Below are positions 1-8,140 of a stretch of 24,060 nt of DNA, one piece after another (position 1 is the stretch's first letter; each line of letters begins with the position of its first letter). Below the pieces are notes generated by a model. The model had not been told where the DNA came from, ran no database searches, and was given only the letters and a program-made list of their open reading frames with translations. A program made the position numbers and the translations under genes. Source of the DNA: a virus (Duplodnaviria > Caudoviricetes); IMG/VR virus record IMGVR_UViG_3300042882_000213, positions 1 through 24,060 of that record. One strand, 5' to 3'.

Positions 1-1345
1 CAATTACAAGTCTTTCATTAATGTAGTAATTTTGGGGTCTGCTAGATATAATCCTTTTATGCAGATGCCAGCGGCAGATAGAAGATCTATTATAGAAGAA
101 TTGTTAGATATTCAAATATTCTCTACGATGAATGTTTTGGTCAAAGACAAACTTTCCAAACTTAAAGAAGAAACTAATGATTTAAAATATAGTATAGATC
201 TTACAACAGAAAAGATCGAATTACAGAGACAAAATTTAAAACAGCACAAAGAAAATACACAAGAAGAGATAAAGAAGAAGCAAGCAGAAATTGCCAAATC
301 AAATGAGCAAATCAATTCTCTTCAGAAAGATATCGATTCTATTCAAAAACATATTGATATCTTGCAAACAAAGATTCAAGATAAACCTGTGGTTGAATCT
401 AAAAGAAATAAAATGATTTCTATAGAATCAAAATTAGAAACTAATCTTAGTAAGCTGAGAAAGGAATGTGAATTTTTTGAAAAAAGTCATAGTTGTCCTA
501 CTTGTAGACAATCTATAGATGAAGAATTTAAAGTGCAACAGATCGAATCTAATTCTAAAAAGAAGACTGAACTGAAAAATGGTCTTTTTAAACTCTCGGA
601 AGAGGCTACCAAACTAGAAGAAAGATTGACTGAAATACGGACGATTAATAAGAATATCCAAGATCATAATTCTGAAATTGTAAAATTGAATGCTTCGATT
701 TCTGCCATTCAAACATATATTCAAAAAGAGTTGAAAGCTATTTCTGAAATAACTACTACATTTAGTTCTATCGAAGAAAATGATAATAAACTTAGCTTAT
801 TAACTTCCGAATTGGATAGATATAATGATAAACAAAATGAACTAACTAATAGTAAAAAATACTATGATTTCTCTGCTGTTCTTTTGAAAGATGGTGGAAT
901 AAAGACGAGAATTGTAAAACAATATATTCCAGTAATGAATAAGCTAATCAATGCTTATCTTTCACAGATGAATTTCTTTGTCAATTTTAATATCAATGAA
1001 AATTTTGAAGAAGTTATTAAGAGTAGACATAGGGATGAATTTAAATATGAAAACTTCTCGGAAGGAGAAAAGCTGAGAATTGATTTGGCTATTCTATTTA
1101 CATTCAGACAAATAGCCAAAATGAAAAACTCAGTAAATACAAATTTATTGATTTTTGATGAGACTTTGGATTCTTCTTTGGATTTAAATGGGATTGATCA
1201 GTTTATGGATTTGATTGAATCTCTAGATGTTAATACAAACGTCATAGTTATTTCTCATAAAGGAGATGCTCTCGGAGAAAGATTTGATAGAACATTAAAA
1301 TTTCAAAAGAAGAAAGACTTCACTAAACTAATAGAATTAAGGTAA
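1..1345 (+). CDS. 46: Recombination endonuclease ATPase subunit gp46 (SbcC/Rad50-like), 5'-truncated by window edge
   Basis: Frame is open from position 2 (NYKSFINVVILGS...). Long coiled coil with CPTC zinc hook, ABC signature FSEGEK, Walker B LLIFDE, D-loop SSLD and H-loop ISH. Confidence 0.95.
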   Translation, partial: NYKSFINVVILGSARYNPFMQMPAADRRSIIEELLDIQIFSTMNVLVKDKLSKLKEETNDLKYSIDLTTEKIELQRQNLKQHKENTQEEIKKKQAEIAKSNEQINSLQKDIDSIQKHIDILQTKIQDKPVVESKRNKMISIESKLETNLSKLRKECEFFEKSHSCPTCRQSIDEEFKVQQIESNSKKKTELKNGLFKLSEEATKLEERLTEIRTINKNIQDHNSEIVKLNASISAIQTYIQKELKAISEITTTFSSIEENDNKLSLLTSELDRYNDKQNELTNSKKYYDFSAVLLKDGGIKTRIVKQYIPVMNKLINAYLSQMNFFVNFNINENFEEVIKSRHRDEFKYENFSEGEKLRIDLAILFTFRQIAKMKNSVNTNLLIFDETLDSSLDLNGIDQFMDLIESLDVNTNVIVISHKGDALGERFDRTLKFQKKKDFTKLIELR

Positions 1346-1349
1346 AAAT

Positions 1350-1955
1350 ATGAGTGGAATGATTACAATTGATACTGGCGATTACGCTACAAAAATTACA
1401 GAACAGAAATATCAAAATTTCGATCTTGTAGAAGAAAACGATCCAATTTTAAAATCGATTGCAAAAGAGTTTGACTTTTCCTCTCAAGATGCTGTAGAAT
1501 TGTCTGGTAGATTGATTGAAACTCTGAAAATACATAGAGCATATGGAATTGCCGCTCCCCAATGTGGAATTTCTTCTAAAGTGTTTGTGATGGGATTGGA
1601 TAAAGACTTTATTACACTATTCAATCCTAGAATCGTTAGGTCATCTGTAGAAACAGTACATATGGAAGAAGGGTGTCTTTCCTTTCCATTTTTGGCGATT
1701 TCTATCACAAGGCCAAAGGATGTAACTGTTTCATATCAAGATGAAGATGGAAACTTTAAAGAGATTAATCTCACTGGGATTTCTGCTAGAGTTGCTCAAC
1801 ATGAAATCGATCATCTAAATGGTATTACATTTGATATAGTTGCAAAACCTCTTGCTTTAAAATCTTCTTTGAAAAAGAGAGAGAAACGAATTAAAAGTTT
1901 TGCCCGTGAATTAATCCAACAACGGAGAATAGAGAGTGAAAAGACTTCCGGCTGA
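1350..1955 (+). CDS. def: Peptide deformylase
   Basis: All three PDF motifs present: GIAAPQ, EGCLS, QHEIDHLNG. Confidence 0.95.
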   Translation: MSGMITIDTGDYATKITEQKYQNFDLVEENDPILKSIAKEFDFSSQDAVELSGRLIETLKIHRAYGIAAPQCGISSKVFVMGLDKDFITLFNPRIVRSSVETVHMEEGCLSFPFLAISITRPKDVTVSYQDEDGNFKEINLTGISARVAQHEIDHLNGITFDIVAKPLALKSSLKKREKRIKSFARELIQQRRIESEKTSG

Positions 1956-3243
1956 TATCATTTTGGAATTGGAGTCCGATAATAGTAGACTTTTTAAAGA
2001 GTCTGTTATTCTGAGAGAAATGAAAGATGAAAATTTAGAATTTTATACTGGGATTACTCTAGCTTTGGACAAGTTGGTTACTTTTGGTGTTAAACAAGTT
2101 CCCGAAAAAATCTCTGATACGGAACATAAACTTTCAGCAGAAGAATTTAAAGCAAATGTCCAGCTTTTGATTGATAGAAAAGTTACGGGAAATAATGCAA
2201 AGAAGATGGTTTTTGATATGGCTATCAATTCTTCTATGCATATGTGGAATAATTGGTATCGTCGCATTCTAATGAAAGATCTTAAATGTGGTGTAGATGT
2301 AAAAACTATTAATAATTGTGCTAAAAAATCTGCAAATGGTTTTAATGGTATTCCCGTATTTTCTTGTCAACTTGCTTTTGATTCGAACAATTATAAATCT
2401 AAAATCGAAGGAGAAAGGATTCTTCAAGAAAAACTTGATGGAACTAGAATTCTCTCTGTCGTTTATCTTGATGGTAGAGTCGATCAGTTCTCTAGAAATG
2501 GGAAAGAAATATTTAATTTCCAAAAAATAAAAGATCAATTGAGTTCTCTATCTTTTACATTGAGAGAACCTATGGTTTTTGATGGAGAAATTATGTCCGA
2601 TACCTTCCAAGCATTAATGACTCAATTATATAGAAAGGACGATGTAAAAACAGATGATGCTGTCTTATATCTATTTGATGCGATTCCTCTTGATAAATTC
2701 TTAAAGGGAGTGTATAATATAGATCAGAGATCTAGACTTGAAAATTTAAATGATATTGTTAAAGAACTTGATAATGTCAAAGTTTTGAATAGTATAACTG
2801 TTGATCTGAGTACAGATAATGGCAAAGATTCGTTTGAGTATTTTAATAGGAAATGTATTGAATCCGGGAAAGAAGGTATTATGATTAAAGATCCTTCTGC
2901 TCCTTATGAATGTAAGCGTTCTACAGCATGGCTTAAATTAAAACCAGTAATGACAGTAGATTTGGAGATTGTTGATCTTCAAGAAGGTGATGATAAATAT
3001 AAGGGCAAACTTGGTGCTCTTGTATGTAATGGATATGAAGGAGAAAAGGAAATTATTGTCAATGTGGGGTCTGGCTTCTCCGATGAAGAAAGAGAACTAT
3101 ATTGGAATACTTCTTCAGAAGTTATTGGTAAAATCGCAGAAGTTAAATGTGATTGTATAACTCAAAATCAAAATGGAATTTATAGTCTTCGATTCCCAAG
3201 ATTTAGTCGAATTCGCGGATTCGAAATTGGTGAAAAAATTTAA
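1936..3243 (+). CDS. ATP-dependent DNA ligase (gp30-like)
   Basis: Motif I EKLDGTR, motif III FDGEI, IIIa LYLFDAI, IV EGIMIK, V WLKLKP, VI SLRFPRF. GTG start overlaps def. Confidence 0.95.
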   Translation: MKRLPADIILELESDNSRLFKESVILREMKDENLEFYTGITLALDKLVTFGVKQVPEKISDTEHKLSAEEFKANVQLLIDRKVTGNNAKKMVFDMAINSSMHMWNNWYRRILMKDLKCGVDVKTINNCAKKSANGFNGIPVFSCQLAFDSNNYKSKIEGERILQEKLDGTRILSVVYLDGRVDQFSRNGKEIFNFQKIKDQLSSLSFTLREPMVFDGEIMSDTFQALMTQLYRKDDVKTDDAVLYLFDAIPLDKFLKGVYNIDQRSRLENLNDIVKELDNVKVLNSITVDLSTDNGKDSFEYFNRKCIESGKEGIMIKDPSAPYECKRSTAWLKLKPVMTVDLEIVDLQEGDDKYKGKLGALVCNGYEGEKEIIVNVGSGFSDEERELYWNTSSEVIGKIAEVKCDCITQNQNGIYSLRFPRFSRIRGFEIGEKI

Positions 3244-3262
3244 TAAACTTGATAGGTAAATT

Positions 3263-4060
3263 ATGAAAATTGAAATTTCTGCTGAAAAACTTAGAACTAA
3301 AAAGTTGTTTATTGGTATGCCTTGTTATGGCGGTCAAATGACTGGTATGACAGCAAAAAGTCTGTTAGATCTACAAGCATTGATGATTCAATATGGAGTA
3401 GATGTTCGTTTTAGCTTTCTTTTTAACGAAAGTCTGATTCAAAGAGCTAGAAACTACATTGTCGATGAATTTTTGAATCGCTCTGATTGTACTCATATGA
3501 TGTTTATCGATGCAGATATCGCATTCAACCCACAAGATATTGTAGCAATGCTTGCTTTGGATAAAGAAATTATTGGTGGTCCATATCCAAAGAAGAGCAT
3601 CGAATGGGGTCAGTTGCATAAAGCAATTCAAAAAAATCCAGCACTTCCAATCGATGAATATCAAAAGCTAGTTGGTGCAATGGTATTCAATCCTGTTGGT
3701 GGGACACAAAGATTTTCTGTGACTGAACCATTGGAAGTCTCTGAAGTTGGTACTGGCTTTTGTATGTATCGCAGAGAAGTTTTTGAAAAGTTCCAAGAAG
3801 CTTATCCGGAATATATGTATAAACCAGATCATGTTGGACAGGCTCATTTTGGCGGGGATAGAGAAATTTGCTCATTCTTTAATGTGTTTATTGATCCCGA
3901 ATCCCGTAGAACTCTATCAGAAGATTACTGTAACTGTCATCAGATGAGGAAGCTGGGGATCAAGGTTTGGATGTGTCCTTGGATGCAACTTTCTCATGTA
4001 GGAACATATATTTTTACAGGAAATCTTCCTGCTGTCGCCCAACATCTGGGAGAACTATAA
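3263..4060 (+). CDS. Putative GT-A fold glycosyltransferase-like protein (conserved phage family)
   Basis: N-terminal FIGMPCYGG strand, ESLIQRARN, DxD motif FIDADI, GTGF, SEDY and a terminal His (LSHVG). SD AGGT upstream. Confidence 0.7.
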   Translation: MKIEISAEKLRTKKLFIGMPCYGGQMTGMTAKSLLDLQALMIQYGVDVRFSFLFNESLIQRARNYIVDEFLNRSDCTHMMFIDADIAFNPQDIVAMLALDKEIIGGPYPKKSIEWGQLHKAIQKNPALPIDEYQKLVGAMVFNPVGGTQRFSVTEPLEVSEVGTGFCMYRREVFEKFQEAYPEYMYKPDHVGQAHFGGDREICSFFNVFIDPESRRTLSEDYCNCHQMRKLGIKVWMCPWMQLSHVGTYIFTGNLPAVAQHLGEL

Positions 4061-4063
4061 TTC

Positions 4064-4092
4064 TTTACTTTAATTGATGGATAGTATATAAT
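4064..4092 (+). promoter_or_regulatory. Sigma70-type (T4 early-like) promoter TTTACT-N17-TATAAT
   Basis: TTTACT at 4064-4069, exactly 17 nt spacer, TATAAT at 4087-4092. Same architecture as 7886-7914. Confidence 0.6.
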
Positions 4093-4414
4093 GAAAGAAC
4101 ATTCGCATTATTATAAAAAAGTCCCTTATGAATATATAGATGTTTATAGGGTGTTAGAATTGTTTAGTGTGACCGATCCAGCGATCCAACACGCCATAAA
4201 AAAGCTGTTGGTGGCTGGAGGCAGAGGTCATAAAGATCTTAAAAAGGATGTTAAAGAAGCGATTGATTCTCTCAATAGATGGATTGATATGAGAGAAGAA
4301 GAAGAAAACATCAAGATAGATGTTATTGGACCGAAAGGTAGTGATTATAATATGAATTCTTGTGCAGGAATGAATGGTCCTGCGGAATTTAGATATTTTG
4401 GTAATGATAATTGA
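4091..4414 (+). CDS. Conserved phage hypothetical protein (possibly DUF3310-related)
   Basis: Pattern HSHYYK...IDVYRVLELF.VTDPAIQHAIKKLL.AG.RGHKD resembles small phage proteins. Family link is tentative. Confidence 0.65.
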   Translation: MKEHSHYYKKVPYEYIDVYRVLELFSVTDPAIQHAIKKLLVAGGRGHKDLKKDVKEAIDSLNRWIDMREEEENIKIDVIGPKGSDYNMNSCAGMNGPAEFRYFGNDN

Positions 4415-4426
4415 GGTAACTTTATA

Positions 4427-5107
4427 ATGAAACTTAGTAATGAAACTTTGAATATTCTTAAAAATTTTTCCAACATTAATCCTGGAATTTTCTTTAAGAA
4501 AGGTAGCACATTGTCTACCGTATCTCCTCAAAAAAATATTTTGGCTGATGCAAGTATTTCGGAAACGATTTCTCAAGACTTTGGAATCTATGATCTTAAT
4601 AATTTTTTGTCTGTTGTCTCGTTGTTTAAAGATGGTCCAGAATTAGAATTTGATTCCAAACACGTTATTATCAAAGGATATGGTGGAAGATCTAAGATTA
4701 AGTATCGCTTTACAGATCCTTCTATGATTGTGGCGGCTCCAGATAAGCGTCCAAACCTACCAACTGTTGATGTAAAATTGAATCTCTCCGAAGAAGATTT
4801 TAATTGGTTACTTCGTACTGCTAATGTTCTTGGCTCTCCAAATCTGGCAGTAGAAAGTGATGGAGAAACAGTGAATCTAATTACCTTTGATGTCAATGAT
4901 GATTCTTCGCATACAAATTCAATTTTAATGCATGGTGTTGATGCTGGAGGACAGAAGTATAAGTTAATTTTTAAGACAGAAAATTTTAAAATGCTTCCCG
5001 GAAGTTATGCTGTAGAAATTTCTTCTAAGGGATTGGCTAAATTTACAGAATCTAATCTTGGACTTGTGTACTACGTAACTCTTGAAACTTCTTCAACATA
5101 TAATTAA
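4427..5107 (+). CDS. 45: Sliding clamp gp45
   Basis: Characteristic MKLSNETLNILKNFSNIN start, FGIYDLNNFLS, C-terminal Y.VEISSKG; 226 aa; upstream of gp44/62. SD GAGGT. Confidence 0.95.
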   Translation: MKLSNETLNILKNFSNINPGIFFKKGSTLSTVSPQKNILADASISETISQDFGIYDLNNFLSVVSLFKDGPELEFDSKHVIIKGYGGRSKIKYRFTDPSMIVAAPDKRPNLPTVDVKLNLSEEDFNWLLRTANVLGSPNLAVESDGETVNLITFDVNDDSSHTNSILMHGVDAGGQKYKLIFKTENFKMLPGSYAVEISSKGLAKFTESNLGLVYYVTLETSSTYN

Positions 5108-5119
5108 TAGAGGATTATT

Positions 5120-5401
5120 ATGACTAAAACTGTTGCTTCAACTTTTGGCACTTTTACCGATGCAGAACTAAACACCCTTAAAAAAGGATTGAGAGAATTA
5201 TCGGATGTTATGACGATGCAAGAAGCTCAACGAGATACTTTAAAAGAAATCATAAACTCTGTTCATGACGAACTTAAGATTCCAAAGAAGATTATTCGTA
5301 AGATGGCAAAGACATACCATAAATCAAATTACTCGGAGGTAGTTGCAGAACAAGAAGAGTTTGAACTTCTTTATGAGGGAATTATTTCCGACAATTCTTA
5401 A
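5120..5401 (+). CDS. dsbA: DsbA-like dsDNA-binding protein
   Basis: 93 aa helical protein. C-terminal TYHKSNYSEVVAEQEEFELLYE matches the T4 DsbA pattern YHK.N....AE.EE...LY recalled from memory. Confidence 0.7.
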   Translation: MTKTVASTFGTFTDAELNTLKKGLRELSDVMTMQEAQRDTLKEIINSVHDELKIPKKIIRKMAKTYHKSNYSEVVAEQEEFELLYEGIISDNS

Positions 5402-5407
5402 TATACC

Positions 5408-5426
5408 ATAGCCAAGGATGGCATAT
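5408..5426 (+). promoter_or_regulatory. GGA-loop hairpin (CsrA/RsmA-site-like) upstream of gp44
   Basis: GCC-AAGGAT-GGC at 5411-5422, extendable by ATA/TAT. It is the only GC-rich element in an AT-rich spacer. Confidence 0.4.
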
Positions 5427-5455
5427 TTGATGTTTTATATTTGAGGTTTTTTGTT

Positions 5456-6394
5456 ATGTATGATGATAATTTTTTATTTGTGGAAAGATATAGACCATCG
5501 AAGGTTCAAGATTGTATTCTTCCGGAAGCTACAAAAAATACTTTCCAAGAATATGTCAACAGAAAAGAGATTCCAAATCTTCTATTAGTTGGTGGTGCTG
5601 GTACTGGTAAAACCACCATAGCTAAGGCATTATGTAATGAGGTCGGTTGCGATTATCTTTTTATTAATGCATCTGATGAAAATGGAATTGATACGTTAAG
5701 AACGAAGATTTCGAATTATGCTTCTTCTGTATCATTATCTGGCGGAAGAAAAGTTGTGATTCTTGATGAGTTTGATGCTGCAACAAGAAATTTTCAAGAT
5801 GCTTTTAGAAATTTTCTTGAAAAGTTTTCTAATAATTGCACATTCATTCTTACTTGCAATTATGCGAATAAGATTATTGACCCTATTCATTCTAGATGTG
5901 CAGTTGTGAATTTTTCTATCAATAAATCTGAAAAGAAAAAATTAATTACGCAATTCTTTAAAAGGGTTTGTTGGATATTAGAAAAAGAAAATATTGAGTT
6001 TGATAAAGAGGCTGTAGCATCATTTGTTAATAAATGGTATCCAGATAATAGAAGAATCTTGAATGAGCTTCAGAGATATTCTGTTAATGGGAAAATAGAT
6101 TTGGGAATTCTATCACAAGTTGGCGAAATACAACTGAAAGATCTGATTAAGAATCTCAAAGAAAAGAATTTTACTGGAGTAAAAGAATGGGTTGCTAATA
6201 ACATAGATAATGATTGCAATCTAATTTATAGAAAGATTTATGATGGATTATATCATTTTTTAAAACCAAGTTCTATTCCAGCAGTAATTTTAATTATTTC
6301 AAAGTATCAGTTTCAAACTGGATTTGTTGCTGATCCGGAAATTCAATTGATGGCATTTTTTACCGAATTAATGATAGAAGCGGATTTTCAGTGA
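5456..6394 (+). CDS. 44: Clamp loader large subunit gp44
   Basis: VERYRP, Walker A GGAGTGKT, Walker B ILDEFD, SRC motif. ATG at 5456 follows SD GAGG at 5443-5446, preferred over TTG at 5441. Confidence 0.96.
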   Translation: MYDDNFLFVERYRPSKVQDCILPEATKNTFQEYVNRKEIPNLLLVGGAGTGKTTIAKALCNEVGCDYLFINASDENGIDTLRTKISNYASSVSLSGGRKVVILDEFDAATRNFQDAFRNFLEKFSNNCTFILTCNYANKIIDPIHSRCAVVNFSINKSEKKKLITQFFKRVCWILEKENIEFDKEAVASFVNKWYPDNRRILNELQRYSVNGKIDLGILSQVGEIQLKDLIKNLKEKNFTGVKEWVANNIDNDCNLIYRKIYDGLYHFLKPSSIPAVILIISKYQFQTGFVADPEIQLMAFFTELMIEADFQ

Positions 6395-6786
6395 TGGATG
6401 CATTTAAAGATATAATACCATCTATATTACAAACAAAAGAATATATTATTTCTCAAAACGAAGAAAAAGAATATAATCCTTTTATAATTAATAAATCCCT
6501 GTCACATTATCTGGATGTTTTATTCTATGTAAATCAGATGAATCTAAATTCCCATTTAGATAAAAAACTTCAATATGATTATCTTTTTCATTCTATAAAA
6601 GGATATAAGCGACCATATCAAAAATGGATTAAATATACAGAAGACTCGGATATAAAATATATTAAAGAGTATTATGGATATTCTTCGCATAAAGCCAAAC
6701 AAGTTAAAAGCTTATTATCCAAGCAAGATATCCAATTTATCAAAGAAAAATTGGATAAAGGTGGAAAAACGCCAAATAATAAATAA
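6394..6786 (+). CDS. 62: Clamp loader small subunit gp62
   Basis: YNPFIINKSLS, LQYDYL, IKEYYGYS..KA motifs; TGATG overlap with gp44. Confidence 0.93.
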   Translation: MDAFKDIIPSILQTKEYIISQNEEKEYNPFIINKSLSHYLDVLFYVNQMNLNSHLDKKLQYDYLFHSIKGYKRPYQKWIKYTEDSDIKYIKEYYGYSSHKAKQVKSLLSKQDIQFIKEKLDKGGKTPNNK

Positions 6787-6813
6787 TTAATACGTATTAT
6801 TATTTGGAGAAAC

Positions 6814-7224
6814 ATGATGGATGATATATTTAAAGGACATGGAGTCGAAATCATATTAGAAAACGAAGAAGCTTTTCTAAAAATTAGAGAAACACTAAGT
6901 AGAATTGGAGTGGCATCTAGGAAAGAAAGAACATTATATCCAAGTTGTTATATTCTACACAAAAGAGGATTTTATCGAATTGTCCATTTTAAAGAGCTTT
7001 TTGCTCTTGATGGTAGACCTACAGATATTTCAGAAAATGATTTAGCCAGAAGAAATAGTATCGCTTTGCTTTTACAAGATTGGGAACTATTGAAACTGAC
7101 TAACGAAAAAAGTGTCCAAGAAAACACTGTAGATTTGGGTCAAATTAAGATTTTAACACATAAAGAAAAATCCGATTGGGTAATTGCACACAAATATTCT
7201 ATAGGATCTAGAAAAAGTAATTAG
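6814..7224 (+). CDS. regA: Translational repressor RegA
   Basis: FLKIRETLSRIGVAS, LY.SC.ILHKRG.Y.IVHFKELFALDG, RRNSIALLL.DW; canonical position after gp62. Start may be 6817. Confidence 0.96.
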   Translation: MMDDIFKGHGVEIILENEEAFLKIRETLSRIGVASRKERTLYPSCYILHKRGFYRIVHFKELFALDGRPTDISENDLARRNSIALLLQDWELLKLTNEKSVQENTVDLGQIKILTHKEKSDWVIAHKYSIGSRKSN

Positions 7225-7228
7225 TTTA

Positions 7229-7236
7229 TATAAATA
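7229..7236 (+). promoter_or_regulatory. T4-type late promoter (gp55-dependent) TATAAATA
   Basis: Exact TATAAATA just after the regA stop, at the start of the 166-nt hsp20 leader. It is the only exact copy noticed in the window. Confidence 0.8.
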
Positions 7237-7241
7237 AAAGT

Positions 7242-7390
7242 GTTCGGGACTTAAAGCGAACTAAAATAAAAGAAAGCGTATCATGTAACCGATCCATACG
7301 AAAAAGGGATGCTGGCGGCGGAACCAGCAATACTTTGCCTTCGGGGAAGTTATTTTTAAAATTAATCTTGCTTATTAAAGGAGAAATCAT
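7242..7390 (+). promoter_or_regulatory. Structured 5' leader of hsp20, ROSE-like RNA thermometer candidate
   Basis: Five hairpins: 7242-7261, 7277-7300, 7310-7329, 7332-7350 (C-UUCG-G loop) and 7366-7384. In the last, UCUUGCUU pairs with AAGGAGA leaving a bulged G. Confidence 0.7.
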
Positions 7391-7864
7391 ATGACACACA
7401 CATACGGTAAAAGTCTATTACCTGCAACTGTTGGTTTTGATCGTCTATTTTCCACAATGGAAGAATTAGACAAAATGCTTGGGGCAACCAAAGCGCCAAC
7501 ATATCCACCATATAATATCGTTAAATTTGATAATTATAATTATGAGATTCAAATTGCTGTTGCTGGATTTGGACAAGACGATATTAGTGTCGAAACAAAC
7601 CATAATAAATTATATGTTTCCGGAGTTTCCGAAAAGTCGGAATTGGATGGAGAATATTTACATCATGGTTTGGCTAAACGCGATTTTAAACACGTTTTTA
7701 CGCTATCTGATACATCAGTAGTCAATTCTGCTGAGATTAAAGATGGAATATTGAAAATTTCAATTGAAAATGTGATTCCAGAATCAATGCGTCCGAGAAA
7801 AATTCCCATTGGGATTCCCCAACAAGCCGCTCTTCTAACAGAAGATAAAGCGGAAGAAAAATGA
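7391..7864 (+). CDS. hsp20: Small heat shock protein Hsp20 (IbpA-like)
   Basis: VGFDRLF, YPPYNI, IAVAGF, YLHHGLA.RDF, DGIL.I and the IPE...PRKIPI (IxI) motif. Confidence 0.95.
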   Translation: MTHTYGKSLLPATVGFDRLFSTMEELDKMLGATKAPTYPPYNIVKFDNYNYEIQIAVAGFGQDDISVETNHNKLYVSGVSEKSELDGEYLHHGLAKRDFKHVFTLSDTSVVNSAEIKDGILKISIENVIPESMRPRKIPIGIPQQAALLTEDKAEEK

Positions 7865-7866
7865 GC

Positions 7867-7894
7867 AAAGGGGGCGTTTGCCCCCTTTACTTTT
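7867..7894 (+). terminator. Rho-independent terminator after hsp20
   Basis: AAAGGGGGC-GTTT-GCCCCCTTT followed by ACTTTT. Confidence 0.85.
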
Positions 7895-7914
7895 ATAGCA
7901 ATATATACTATAAT
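7886..7914 (+). promoter_or_regulatory. Sigma70-type (T4 early-like) promoter TTTACT-N17-TATAAT
   Basis: TTTACT at 7886-7891 (within the terminator tail), 17 nt spacer, TATAAT at 7909-7914. Confidence 0.7.
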
Positions 7915-7922
7915 AAACCATT

Positions 7923-8129
7923 ATGGAAGGTAAAAGTATGCGTAAAAATACTTCATCACCGCTAATACGAGTGCGTAGTAAAGTCAATAATGTAATTTAT
8001 TACACATCAAAGGATTTCCCATCTAAGATTATAGATGGAAATGATTTCATTGGAGTTAAAAAATCTGAAAAGGATAAACAGATCTTCTTCATGAAAAAAG
8101 ATAGTATGGAACTTATTTCTAATGAATAA
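7923..8129 (+). CDS. Hypothetical small basic protein
   Basis: ORF fills the gap after the promoter. Alternative start ATG 7938 has AAGGT upstream. Confidence 0.65.
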   Translation: MEGKSMRKNTSSPLIRVRSKVNNVIYYTSKDFPSKIIDGNDFIGVKKSEKDKQIFFMKKDSMELISNE

Positions 8130-8140
8130 TTGAGGTTAAT

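Noticed and set aside
7277-7310. SAM-II or preQ1-I riboswitch
   Set aside because: Shares UAACCG and AAAAAGGG with SAM-II superficially but lacks the UUGC/GCUAAA core; stem closure and loop do not fit preQ1-I; downstream gene is unrelated.
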